From NCBI GenBank assembly GCA_032718475.1, contig JAUCBJ010005697.1:1-33949 (forward strand): a stretch of DNA of 33,949 nucleotides, in the 5' to 3' direction. The translations under genes and the position numbers were made by a program. Under the pieces are notes generated by a model that saw only the letters and a program-made list of their open reading frames with translations, was not told the origin of the DNA and made no database searches. Source of the DNA: Nemertoderma westbladi. Its lineage: Eukaryota; Animalia; Xenacoelomorpha. Below, one piece after another: positions 11,001 through 21,331 of this stretch. Position 1 is the first letter of the stretch. Each line of letters begins with the position of its first letter.

Positions 11001-13116
11001 CCTGAGATACTATCTCAGTCCCTGAGATACCAAGTCCGGCCCGGAGATACTATCTCAGGCCTGGAGATACTATCCCAGGCCCGGAGATACTATCTCAGGC
11101 TCTGAGATACTAAGTCCGGCCCGGAGATACTATCTCAGGCCCGGAGATACTAAGTCCGGCCCTGAGATACTATCTCAGGCCCTGAGATACTAAGTCCGGC
11201 CCGGAGATACTATCTCAGGCCTGGAGATACTATCTCAGGCCCTGAGATACTATCTCAGGCCCTGAGATACTAAGTCCGGCCCGGAGATACTATCTCAGGC
11301 CCTGAGATACTAAGTCCAGCCCGGAGATACTATCTCAGGCCCGGAGATACTAAGTCTGGCCCGGAGATACTATCTCGGCCCGGAGATACTAAGTCCGGCC
11401 CGGAGATACTATCTCAGGCCCTGAGATACTACGTCCAGCCCGGAGATACTATCCCAGGCCCTGAGATACCAAGTCCGGCTCCGGAGATACTATCTCAGGC
11501 CCGGAGATACTTAGTCTGGCCCGGAGATACTATCTCAGGCCCTGAGATACTAAGTGCGGCCCGGAGATACTATGTCAGGCCTGGCAATACTATCTCAGGC
11601 CCTGAGATACTATCTCAGGCTATGAGATACTAAGTCAGGCCCGGAGATACTAAGTCCGGCCTGGAGATACTATCTCAGGCCCGGAGATACTTAGTCTGGC
11701 CCGGAGATACTATCTCAGGCCCTGAGATACTAAGTCGGGCCCGGAGATACTATCTCAGGCCCTGAGATACTAAGTCCTGACCGGAGATACTATCTCAGGC
11801 CCTGAGATACTATCTCAGTCCCTGAGATACCAAGTCCGGCCCGGAGATACTATCTCAGGCCTGGAGATACTATCCCAGGCCCGGAGATACTATCTCAGTC
11901 CCTGAGATACCATGTCCGGCCCGGAGATACTATATCAGGCCCGGAGATACTAAGTCTGGCCCTGAGATACTATCTCAGGCCCTGAGATACTAAGACCGGC
12001 CCGGAGATACTATCTCAGGCCCTGAGATACTAAGTTCGGCCCAGAGATACTATCTCAGGCCGTGAGATACTAAGTCCAGCCCGGAGATACTATCTCAGGC
12101 CCGGAAATACTAAGTCTGGCCCGGAGATACTATCTCAGGCCCGGAGATACTAAGTCCGGCCCGGAGATACTAAGTCCGGCCCGGAGATACTATCTCAGGC
12201 CCGGAAATACTAAGTCTGGCCCGGAGATACTATCTCAGGCCCGGAGATACTATCTCAGGCCCGGAGATACTAAGTCCGGCCCGGAGATACTATCTCAGGC
12301 CCTGAGATACTATCTCAGGCCCGGAGATACTTAGTCTGGCCCGGAGATACTATCTCAGGCCCTGAGATACTAAGTGCGGCCCGGAGATACTATGTCAGGC
12401 CTGGCAATACTATCTCAATCTCAGGCCATGAGATACTAAGTCGGGCCCGGAGATACTATCTCAGGCCCTGAGATACTAAGTCCTGACCGGAGATACTATC
12501 TCAGGCCCTGAGATACTATCTCAGTCCCTGAGATACCAAGTCCGGCCCGGAGATACTATCTCAGGCCTGGAGATACTATCCCAGGCCCGGAGATACTATC
12601 TCAGGCTCTGAGATACCAAGTCCGGCCCGGAGATCTATCTCAGGCCCGGAGATACTAAGTCTGGCCCTGAGATACTATCTCAGGCCCTGAGATACTAAGA
12701 CCGGCCCGGAGATACTATCTCAGGCCTGGAGATACTATCTCAGGCCCTGAGATACTATCTCAGGCCCTGAGATACTAAGTTCGGCCCGGATATACTATCT
12801 CAGGCCCTGAGATACTAAGTCTAGCCCGGAGATACTATCTCAGGCCCGGAAATACTAAGTCTGGCCCGGAGATACTATCTCAGGCCCGGAGATACTAAGT
12901 CCGGCCCGGAGATACTATCTCAGGCCCGGAGATACTACGTCCGGCCCGGAGATACTATCCCAGGCCCGGAGATACTATCTCAGGCCCGGAGATACCAAGT
13001 CCGGCCCGGAGATACTATCTCAGGCCCGGAGATACTTAGTCTGGCCCGGAGATACTATCTCAGGCCCTGAGATACCAAGTCCGGCCCGGAGATACTATCT
13101 CAGGCCCGGAGATACT
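8022..13116 (+). repeat. 20-bp satellite (~255 monomers), left subterminal array of the IS3EU-type element
   Basis: Monomer variants AGATACTATCTCAGGCCC(T/G)G and AGATACTAAGTCCGGCCCGG, with higher-order duplicated blocks. Confidence 0.97.
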
Positions 13117-13492
13117 CTGCCATCTCATACAGTTAATATAGTTTATGGGGTAGCCAATACTTCAAAGCTGCTTGTCATACTCATATCATCTCATTCAGGC
13201 ATTGATTAGTGACCGTGGCCTATTTGTTTCGGTTTAAATACACCTCTGCTGCAGTTTAAATTTACGCGGCTATTCAGCCATTGCCTCCAAATAATATGGA
13301 ATGTTCTTATTATTGGCAGTTCATTTCTGTAGCCGTAGAAGGGTATTATCATTAAGTGAATGCCGGTCGGTAGGTCGGCTTTTATTCAAAGGCACGGGGT
13401 CATGCCTCCCTCCAGATATGTAATTATTTTGTATTGTGCTAACAATACTCTTGTGTCTCCATATTAAATATTTCACAAATTGAAATGTGAAA

Positions 13493-15071
13493 CATGACCT
13501 AATATAGATACGACCCGCCAAGCTGCTGCAAAGCCCCTAAGTTTAGTGGGCCAGTTATTTCTCTTAGATAGAACACCTGAAACAATATGTCTAGCGCGTC
13601 GAAAGTACTTGTCCTTAACTAAAATTATGTCCTCTTTCAGATGAGACAAATAAAAATTTAATAGCTCCAGTAGTTTTCGAGATATGAGGAGTTCTTGGTA
13701 CCCATATCATATCAGCACCTTTCGGAAATATTAAAATTACACAAATTACATCATCCTTGAAATTATAACCATTAAACCATACTATGCTTTTTTGTTTTGT
13801 TGAATTCATTATTAGTAATAGAAAGCAAGATTAGAAGCAAAATTTTCATTTTTTTTTTAAAAGATACTAATAGAGCACTAAAAATGCAAGTAGCACTTTT
13901 TTCAAAAGTGGTAATTTTGACCTACAGTTTGGCTACTGAGGTTTTAGAATGTGCTGATTTCATTGGGAAGGTTTATTCCTCTACATCAAACATATCGAAG
14001 AGTTGTGTAAAATAACAACATAGGCATGTTGTTCTATTAGTTATTAGTCAGTTATTTGTGCCCCTGGAGCACGAAAAAAACAAGTAGTGGAAATATGATA
14101 ATGAAAACTCACCACGAAATCAAATTGATTTTATGAACATATGGTATTTTTGGGATGCTGATCACGAATATGACACTGAAAAATATCATACCATGTTGAT
14201 TACGGCTTTTTTGGATACTATGTCCAGCCAGACCAAGATCTGAAGATTAGGCCCCCGCGGCGCCGTGGCTGCCAGCCCGTAGAGGTGATAATAAATAGTC
14301 AAATAAAAACAGGTACGGACGTAATTAGGTAATATAATAATGATATGGCATTGATGCCTAACGACAGCATAATGCAGTCAGCACTCAGCAGTAATGTAAT
14401 GCCTAACGCAGTAGTCAGGTAGTGTAGTGCAATGCACATCCTGAATAATTCACTACATTACTGGATCAGTACCAGAGTACTGCAGTACTGAAATAGAAAT
14501 GCACTGGCTGGCACTTAAAGTTTTCGACTAACAAATTGGCCATTTTTGTAAATACCACAATTTTATAAACCTTGCCAATGAAATCAGCACATTCTAAAAC
14601 CTCAGTAGCCAAACTATAAGACCAAATTTACCACTTTTGGCTATTTTAAAATTTGAGCTACTTGTAATTTTGGTGCTCTTTTAGTATCTATTATAAAATA
14701 AACAATGAAAATTTTGCTTCTAATCTTGCTTTCGATTACTAATAATTAATTCAACAAAACAAAAAAGCATAATATGGTTTAATGGTTATACCAAAGTCTT
14801 GAATAAGGGTGATGTATTTTGAGTAATTTTATCAATTCCGAAAAGTGCTGATATGGTATGGGTGCCAGGAACTCCTCATATCTCGAAAACTACTGGAGCT
14901 ATTAAATTTTTTATTTGTCTCAACTGAAAGATGATATAATTTTAGTTAGGGACAAGTACTTTAGACGCGCTAGACATATTGTTTCAGCGGTTCTATCTAA
15001 GAGAAATAACTGGCCCACTAAATTTAGGGGCTTTGCAGCAGCTTGGTGGGTCGTATCTGTAGTAGGTCATT
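13493..15071. mobile_element. Foldback MITE with ~490-bp inverted arms, possibly P superfamily, nested in the IS3EU-type element
   Basis: 13493-13976 is the reverse complement of about 14565-15071. Termini CATGACCT...AGGTCATT. Flanking direct repeat TGTGAAA at 13486-13492 and 15072-15078. Confidence 0.8.
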
Positions 15072-15136
15072 TGTGAAACGTAATTCTGTTGATTGCTGGG
15101 TCAGCGCTATAACGTCTATGAACCTGTTCTGTATTT

Positions 15137-15465
15137 TATCTCCGGACCTGAGATAGTAACTCCGGGCCGGACTTAGTTTCTCAGGGCCTGAGATAGTATC
15201 TCCGGGCCGGACTTATATCTCAAGGCCTGAGATAGTATCTCCGGGCCGGACTTAGTATCTCAGGGCCTAAGATAGTATCTCCGGGCCAGCCTTAGTATCT
15301 CAGGGCCTGAGATAGTATCTCCGGGCCGGACTTAGTATCTCTGCGCCTGAGATAGTATCTCCGGGCCGGACTTAGTATCTCAGGGCCTAAGATAGTATCT
15401 CCGGGCGGGCCAGCCTTAGTATCTCCGGGCCTGAGATAGTATCTCCGGGCCGGACTTAGTATCTC
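15137..15465 (-). repeat. Inverted array of the same 20-mer (~16 copies), right subterminal region
   Basis: AGTATCTCCGGGCCGGACTT and AGTATCTCAGGGCCTGAGAT are reverse complements of the 8022-13116 monomers. Confidence 0.95.
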
Positions 15466-15516
15466 TTAGAAAAACAAATGGGAAACCCATGTCCCTTTAG
15501 GGGCTCCTTAAGTATC

Positions 15517-15547
15517 TGATGGTTGGTTGGTCGTGGACATTGCCGCT
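15517..15547 (-). pseudogene. 5' part of the interrupted exon-like frame
   Basis: Minus-strand acceptor CTCCTTTTAG| at 15548, then xAG-RQCPRPTNHQ running into the TSD. Confidence 0.4.
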
Positions 15548-16354
15548 CTAAAAGGAGTTATTATAGGTTGTAACAAAAAAACACATACAATTTTCCTATG
15601 GAATCCCGAGGGAAAACGTAGTCAGTAGTACTACGGCTTCGACAGCCGTACTTGCATTTTAGTAAATATAGTAAGACACAGGTATCAATCTGTCAGTCAT
15701 ATTGCGATTTGTGGAGCTGTTGTGTTGCGGGGGGGGGGGGGGGGCTTTTAACCTTTACTGTTAACTGTTAACGTTTTATTAACGATTTAACGTAAGACCG
15801 TTAAATACTTACGGCGAGATTGCGAACTGTTACGAACAAAACCGGCTGCGAGTGATATAATATTCTATATCTTGTCTATGTTAATTAAATAATTTTCTGC
15901 CAAAACATGATTCTGTTTTTGTCTTATTTGTGTTACGTTGTCTCTACTTTTCATACTTCTTATTTAAATAATCTTTTGTAATTTTTTATAGTTAATTGAC
16001 CAATCTCCTCCAAAACCGCCAACAGTTGATAAGAAGTAGATTAGCCGATGGTGAGATAACAATTTAGGGAAGATTCCAACAATAATTGGTTCGAACTGGC
16101 AGTTGGACTATCAGAGCTGTTTTGCCATGTTTGGATGATGAAAGAAAACAATATTATTGGAAATTATATTTTATGTTTATATTTTGTATTTGTGTTTAAT
16201 TTGTCACATTGAAGTGGATTTGTATTTTCTGGCCGTATTAAAGCAAGGCGAACTTTTGTTAGGGCTTTGCTTATTTACGAAAATTAAAGTGATAAATTAA
16301 TTATTGTGCTTCTAGTAATATCATTACCGGTGCCTGTATATCATCTATGTAGCA

Positions 16355-16679
16355 TACTCTGTGGAGTCCCACGGGGGGCCACACGGCTGTTAATTTTTTC
16401 TAAAAAATTTAGTACATTCTTTATTATAAGAAAATTAACGTTTGTTCTCATAATAATTGAGAGTTGAAAGTGAAAGAAACCAAAAACCGTGTACCGAGTA
16501 GGCCTATACTACCGGTAGCCGTAGGTACTACTGTACTTGTACGCCTATAATGTATGTTAAACATGTTAAATTTTCCACCCACCAAGTTTATTCCAGCCAC
16601 CCAGACTATATTAGCATAATGTAATTTTTTCACCCACCCCGTTTTTTCCACCCACCCCGTCTATTCGGGACTCCAGAGT
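16355..16679. mobile_element. Degenerate MITE, possibly Tc1/mariner-like
   Basis: Left TACTCTGTGGAGTCCC..CGGGG loosely mirrors right CCCCGTCTATTCGGGACTCCAGAGT. CCACCCACCCCG subterminal repeats are present. Confidence 0.4.
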
Positions 16680-16766
16680 GCATATATAGTTAGGTATCTT
16701 GGCTGTATAGACGGGCGGTACCTTACACGTAGCATACATGTAATATACTAATACAGTATACATTGC

Positions 16767-17713
16767 GGGGCGATGTACAAAAAAGTGGCCAAACCAGAGT
16801 CATTTTTTGGGAAAAAATAAAGTTTCTCAAAACCCAACATATGATATATATTCTGAAAGCTCAGAGTTCGTAGAATTCAGAGCGAGTATTGGCCGACCTT
16901 AAATATGATCTGTAAAAAAAATATATTACTTGTCCCTTCCTGTCCACTATACCTGTAACCATTATTTTAATAGGATAATTGGTTACAGGCGTGGGACACT
17001 TGTCCTCCTGTAACCTTCCATGTAAATGTATTCAAAGCCTAGTTACAGGCAGTTACAGGTGGGGGGACGTTTTATGGTACGACTGACACTGCCAAACACA
17101 CATTATAAATGCTGCGTATGACCAATATACATAAAATGAAAGCATTTTCAAGGACGATTTCAGAACTGTTAATTTTTTACCGAGGTACCAATTATATGCG
17201 ATTCTATCAGCTTTAACGTTGGTTACATGAGGGGACAGTTTATGGTTTTCCCTCCCGATCTGAGGCTCTTCAAACCCACGTATCTTCAAAAGTTTTTGAT
17301 ATATTTGTAGAATTGTTTTTGTGTGTTATAGCTGAGTAATTACAGATTCTTTGCCATTGGGGACATTTTTAGTGGTGTTGTAGAAAACAAAATGTTCCAG
17401 GATCTCCTGTATGCTAACTATACATCTACAGACTATGATGTTTCTTAAAAATTATAGACTTTGGTATATAACATAACTGCTCCTAATAATTTTTTTTATC
17501 AAAACATCACGTTTTCCGTGGTTTTTGACGATATCAAGCAAAATGTAATGCTATTTATTTACAGTAGCGTTTAGCAAACATGGTTTCCTAGATTCCTGAT
17601 GGAAATGTCTACCTGTAACATTTTATTTCATGAGATTTCATTCAGTAGAAATGGAATTACAACTTATTCTCACTTTTTTTGTATGTTTTGGACACTTTTT
17701 TGTATATTGCTCC
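16767..17713. mobile_element. Non-autonomous TIR DNA transposon, superfamily unassigned
   Basis: GGGGCGATGTACAAAAAAGTGGCCAAA mirrors TTTGGACACTTTTTTGTATATTGCTCC. Internal CCTGTAAC/GTTACAGG motifs. TSD ambiguous. Confidence 0.65.
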
Positions 17714-18077
17714 TGTGTGTCTATACCTTTTACTTACCTATTATAACTGGACTGTAAGAAAGCTATGCGACGCTTTCAGGTATGTTTAAATACTATGTAT
17801 ATTGTGCATACCTGTCATGTAGCATACACATAACTGTACTTTTAATTGTCTTTCTTGTAGCATACATGCATTTGTAATCTGTACACTGTACAGTGTCTCA
17901 TATGTATACCTTTTACATATAATTTATTATTTAACATAATATTTTGGTGTAAATCATATTTGTTTGTAATTTATTGTAATTGGTGTTTTGGGTTTAATGA
18001 GTGGTTTCATATTATTATAACATTCGTTGCTGACATACAAAGTATCGCATAGTATTTCCAGGTGTACCTTTCAACCT

Positions 18078-18151
18078 GAGCCGATAGCTGAATGGTTAGA
18101 GCGTCAGACTTCCAACCCGGAGGTCACTAGTTCGATCCCACCTGGACGTCA
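18078..18151 (+). pseudogene. tRNA-derived sequence (pseudo-tRNA/SINE head, Lys/Arg-like body, TCC at the anticodon position)
   Basis: A box TAGCTGAATGG and B box AGTTCGATCC. The anticodon and T stems are mispaired. Confidence 0.7.
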
Positions 18152-18687
18152 TGAAATGTGATATATTTTTTATACATTATTTAATTAATTTAATGCTCGT
18201 GGCAAATAATTTTTGTTATCTCGCGAGATTAATTATTTTCTCCGAGTTTAAGAATTTTCTCGCGACTATATTCAGAAGAATCTCAAGGGGAATTAAAATG
18301 TCGAATAAGAATTCTAAAAGCATGCAATACCTCACTATTAAATATTTATCCTTCGTCAGTCTGTTAGTGTCTTTCCTCATGCTGTAATTTATTTTAACTT
18401 TATGTAAAATATTACAATATAAAATATATACACTCTGGATGTATGACAAACTACACTAAAACACCCCCCCCCCCCCCCCCCTTACTCCACTCAGTTAGCT
18501 GTTCCATAAGCCATAAGTATTTGAAATGGTGTATATAATAGGAGTGACAGTTACTTTGCTACCAAAGAATTAAAACTAATTGATTTCGCTCGCTCACTCG
18601 TTACATTTCAAGCTGATTACATAACGAAATGTTATTGTGTTTGCTTTTCCCTGCAGAACATATAGTTGGTTACCTATGGTTATATAC

Positions 18688-19769
18688 CATAGGTCTTCTG
18701 GTCAAGGTCTTCTTCAAGGCCTTTGATTCAGTCTCTCGCTTACGTATGTTCAGCATACTTTCCTTATATGGGATTCCTGACGAAATTATTGCAGCAATCA
18801 GATCAGTATACGATGGTTCGACAACATTTGTGTCTACTGTTGACGGTGACACAGAACCATTTGAAGTGTTATGGGGCATCCTCCAAGGAGACACACTTGC
18901 ACCATTCTTGTTCATAATTGTTGTTGACTATGTTCTACGCATGTCCTTAGATCATCATAATGATGATGGGGTGATGATATATCCACCTACTGGCTCCAGA
19001 AGTCGAGGAAATCCTGCCAAGTACCTAACTGATCTAGACTTTGATGATGACTTAGGGGTACTCTCAGAATCACAAGAGGGAGCCCAACGGCTCCTCAGTC
19101 TCTGATCGGATGAACATAAGCTCAAAGGATGGTATGCTTGAGCATGTGGACGACTTCTGTTACATGGGATCATGGATCCGGAAGTGAGGTGAGGACCTTC
19201 AACTACGTAAGGGAAAGGCATGGGCAGCCTTGAATAGGCTTTCCAGGAATTGGAAGTCACCGAGTAATAATCGGAAACTTAAGGTCCGATTATTTAGTAC
19301 AGCAGCAGTTCCAGTACTCCTCTAAGGGAGTCCATGCTGGGCTCTGACTGCTGAGGACACCAAATCTATGGATGGCACATTCACAAGAATGCTATGCCGG
19401 GTTCATTATGTCAAGTACAATGCACACATCTCCAACCAGACACTATATAACATTGGAGGTGTCTCATTGGTTCCCCCAAGCTTGACACTAGAACAAAATC
19501 GCCTCCGCTTTGCAGGAAATTGCTTTCGCCGTGAGGACCAGCCAGTGCATAATCTTGTACTTTGGCAGCCTCATGGAGTGAATAAGCATGGTGGACAGCC
19601 TATGACTTTCTTGAGACGCATCTTAAAGGACACTGGCCTTGAAGATGCGGATGATCTAGCAAATGTCATGGGTGATAGGGAGTTGTGGCGGCGCAATTTT
19701 GTCGACAAGCCGGCACAGCATTCTTAAAAATGCAGCTGCAATGCAGCATGCCGATCCTGGTAATAGTAG
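18688..19769 (+). mobile_element. 5'-truncated, decayed RTE-clade non-LTR retrotransposon (reverse transcriptase C-terminal half)
   Basis: Motifs FxKAFDSV, YGIP, GILQGDTLAPFLFIIVVDY, LTDLDFDDD, DDFCYMGSW, DGTFTRML and RLRFAGNCFR. Contains stops, frameshifts and an internal deletion. Short (TAG)n tail. Imperfect TSD TACCTAT(G/T)GTTA at 18671 and 19770. Confidence 0.9.
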
Positions 19770-20044
19770 TACCTATTGTTAACTATACTTGTTAAAATAG
19801 GGTAACCAAACCTACATCACACTCCCCTCACACATTAATTGAAAAAAATTATTGAAATTTTAATAAAAGCTCATAAAACGGAATTCAAGTGGCTTTGCAA
19901 GCTGACTTGTTACCCCCTCCCCACTATGAGGGAATGCAGACGGCATCTAAGTGTCAGTCAAAAAGAAGGCTTCAAAGGAATAATTTCACGCGAGCAAATC
20001 CGTTGCGCTTGAATCCGATTAAATAATAGCTGTTTTATGAAAAG

Positions 20045-20463
20045 GCCTGTCACATTAAGCGGAAATACAAGCCGCTGATCACACTATAAAAAAAAATATA
20101 AACTTAGAAATATTTCAATTTTACATCATTCTCAACTCTACGCAAATCTCCGGAACTTATTGGTGAAATTGAAAACGTTTTTCATTATTCGGAATCTACA
20201 GACGAAGGCGGTTCTAATGATATCTGGATTACATTCAAAAGACGTAAAATAAAGCCGACTGGGGTGGCTAAATATTGCAAAAGGCGATTTTAACTGGCGT
20301 TTTGTCTTTTTAAAAATTAAGAGAGATGTAGATGGAGATTAGATGGTGTAAATATTATTTATTAAAATCAGTAATATTTTTGAAATCAAGCAGAATTGGT
20401 CAGCCGTCGCGCCGCTTACAAGCCGATAGTTATGCGGCTAGATTTTCCGCCTAGTGTGCAGGC
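20045..20463. mobile_element. MITE, possibly Harbinger-like
   Basis: GCCTGTCACATTAAGCGGAAATACAAGCCGC mirrors GCGGCTAGATTTTCCGCCTAGTGTGCAGGC. No clean TSD. Confidence 0.6.
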
Positions 20464-20992
20464 AGACTCAGTTATGGTTGCAAAGGCAACTAAGGTAATT
20501 AATCAATATTCTTATTAGTGGAATGGCTTAGTGTAATAATTGTGACAAAAGTGACAATTTTTTTTTGAGTAACTGGATATATGGGTGAGTGGATGAAAAG
20601 AGGCTTATAAAAATATATTAATAACTTATATTATAATTATATCTTATAATAATATTGTCCTAACCAAAAGATAATAAAACTGCTACAAATGATTTCTGTT
20701 GTTTTGGAAACTATATTGGTAAATCGACAGTTATGGAGAAAACTTTGTTTTCAGAAAATTTGGAAAAATCTCATCAGTAATTAATTTACCGTGTTACTTT
20801 GAAAATCCATGTTAATTAAGGGAAGAAACATGGAATTGAAAGTGTTAATATGGTCATATGGGAAATGGGAAGATTTTTCATATAAATTTTCAATGTTGAA
20901 TGAACTTTTAGTCATAATTTCATCTTTAAAATTCGCAAAGCCACTCGATTGTATTTTATATTAGTAATTAGTAATTAATATTTAATATTTAA

Positions 20993-21296
20993 TTAAGTAT
21001 TAGGTTCTGTGTTTTTAGTATAAATAACTGCCAAATACGACAATACAGCCACCACCAGTCCCATCGCCAGTATAGAACAAAGAATTATAAAAGAATTCTT
21101 CCTGACATTAACCACAGTTCTATTACCAGTTGCCTCACTAGAACTATAATCACTCCCATGTGCGATGTTCGCCTCCATACCATTTAAACGGGAGTCACTG
21201 CTGAGTTCTGCGGTCGCCGTACTAATTTCGGATAGTTCTAGAATTTCTGGCCTCACCAACCCTGCTGCTACCATCTCCCGAACTCGACTCCAATAT
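20993..21296 (-). CDS. Probable terminal coding exon of a host gene encoding a C-terminal single-pass (tail-anchor-like) membrane segment
   Basis: Acceptor TTTATTAATTTTAG| at 21297. Open frame YWSRVREMVAAG...RKNS-FIILCSILAMGLVVAVLSYLAVIY-TKNTEPNT*. Higher GC than the AT-rich flanks. Confidence 0.6.
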
Positions 21297-21331
21297 CTAA
21301 AATTAATAAATATTATTTACGATCATAAGTA

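Larger units (their letters stand above)
7984..15510. mobile_element. Non-autonomous IS3EU-type DNA transposon (7527 bp)
   Basis: Left TIR TACGGAGCCCTTAAAAGGACATGGG matches right end CCCATGTCCCTTTAGGGGCTCCTTA. Perfect 6-bp TSD AGTATC at 7978-7983 and 15511-15516. TAY...RTA termini with a 6-bp TSD are the described IS3EU signature (the right end here has a G>T change). No transposase ORF. Confidence 0.8.

Noticed and set aside
8022-13116. CRISPR-like array or repetitive coding sequence
   Set aside because: Monomers are contiguous with no unique spacers, there are no cas genes, and the ORF track shows no ORF in the array.
18078-18151. Functional tRNA-Gly(TCC)
   Set aside because: Acceptor, anticodon and T stems are mispaired. 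The same applies to 6438-6513 and 25225-25293.
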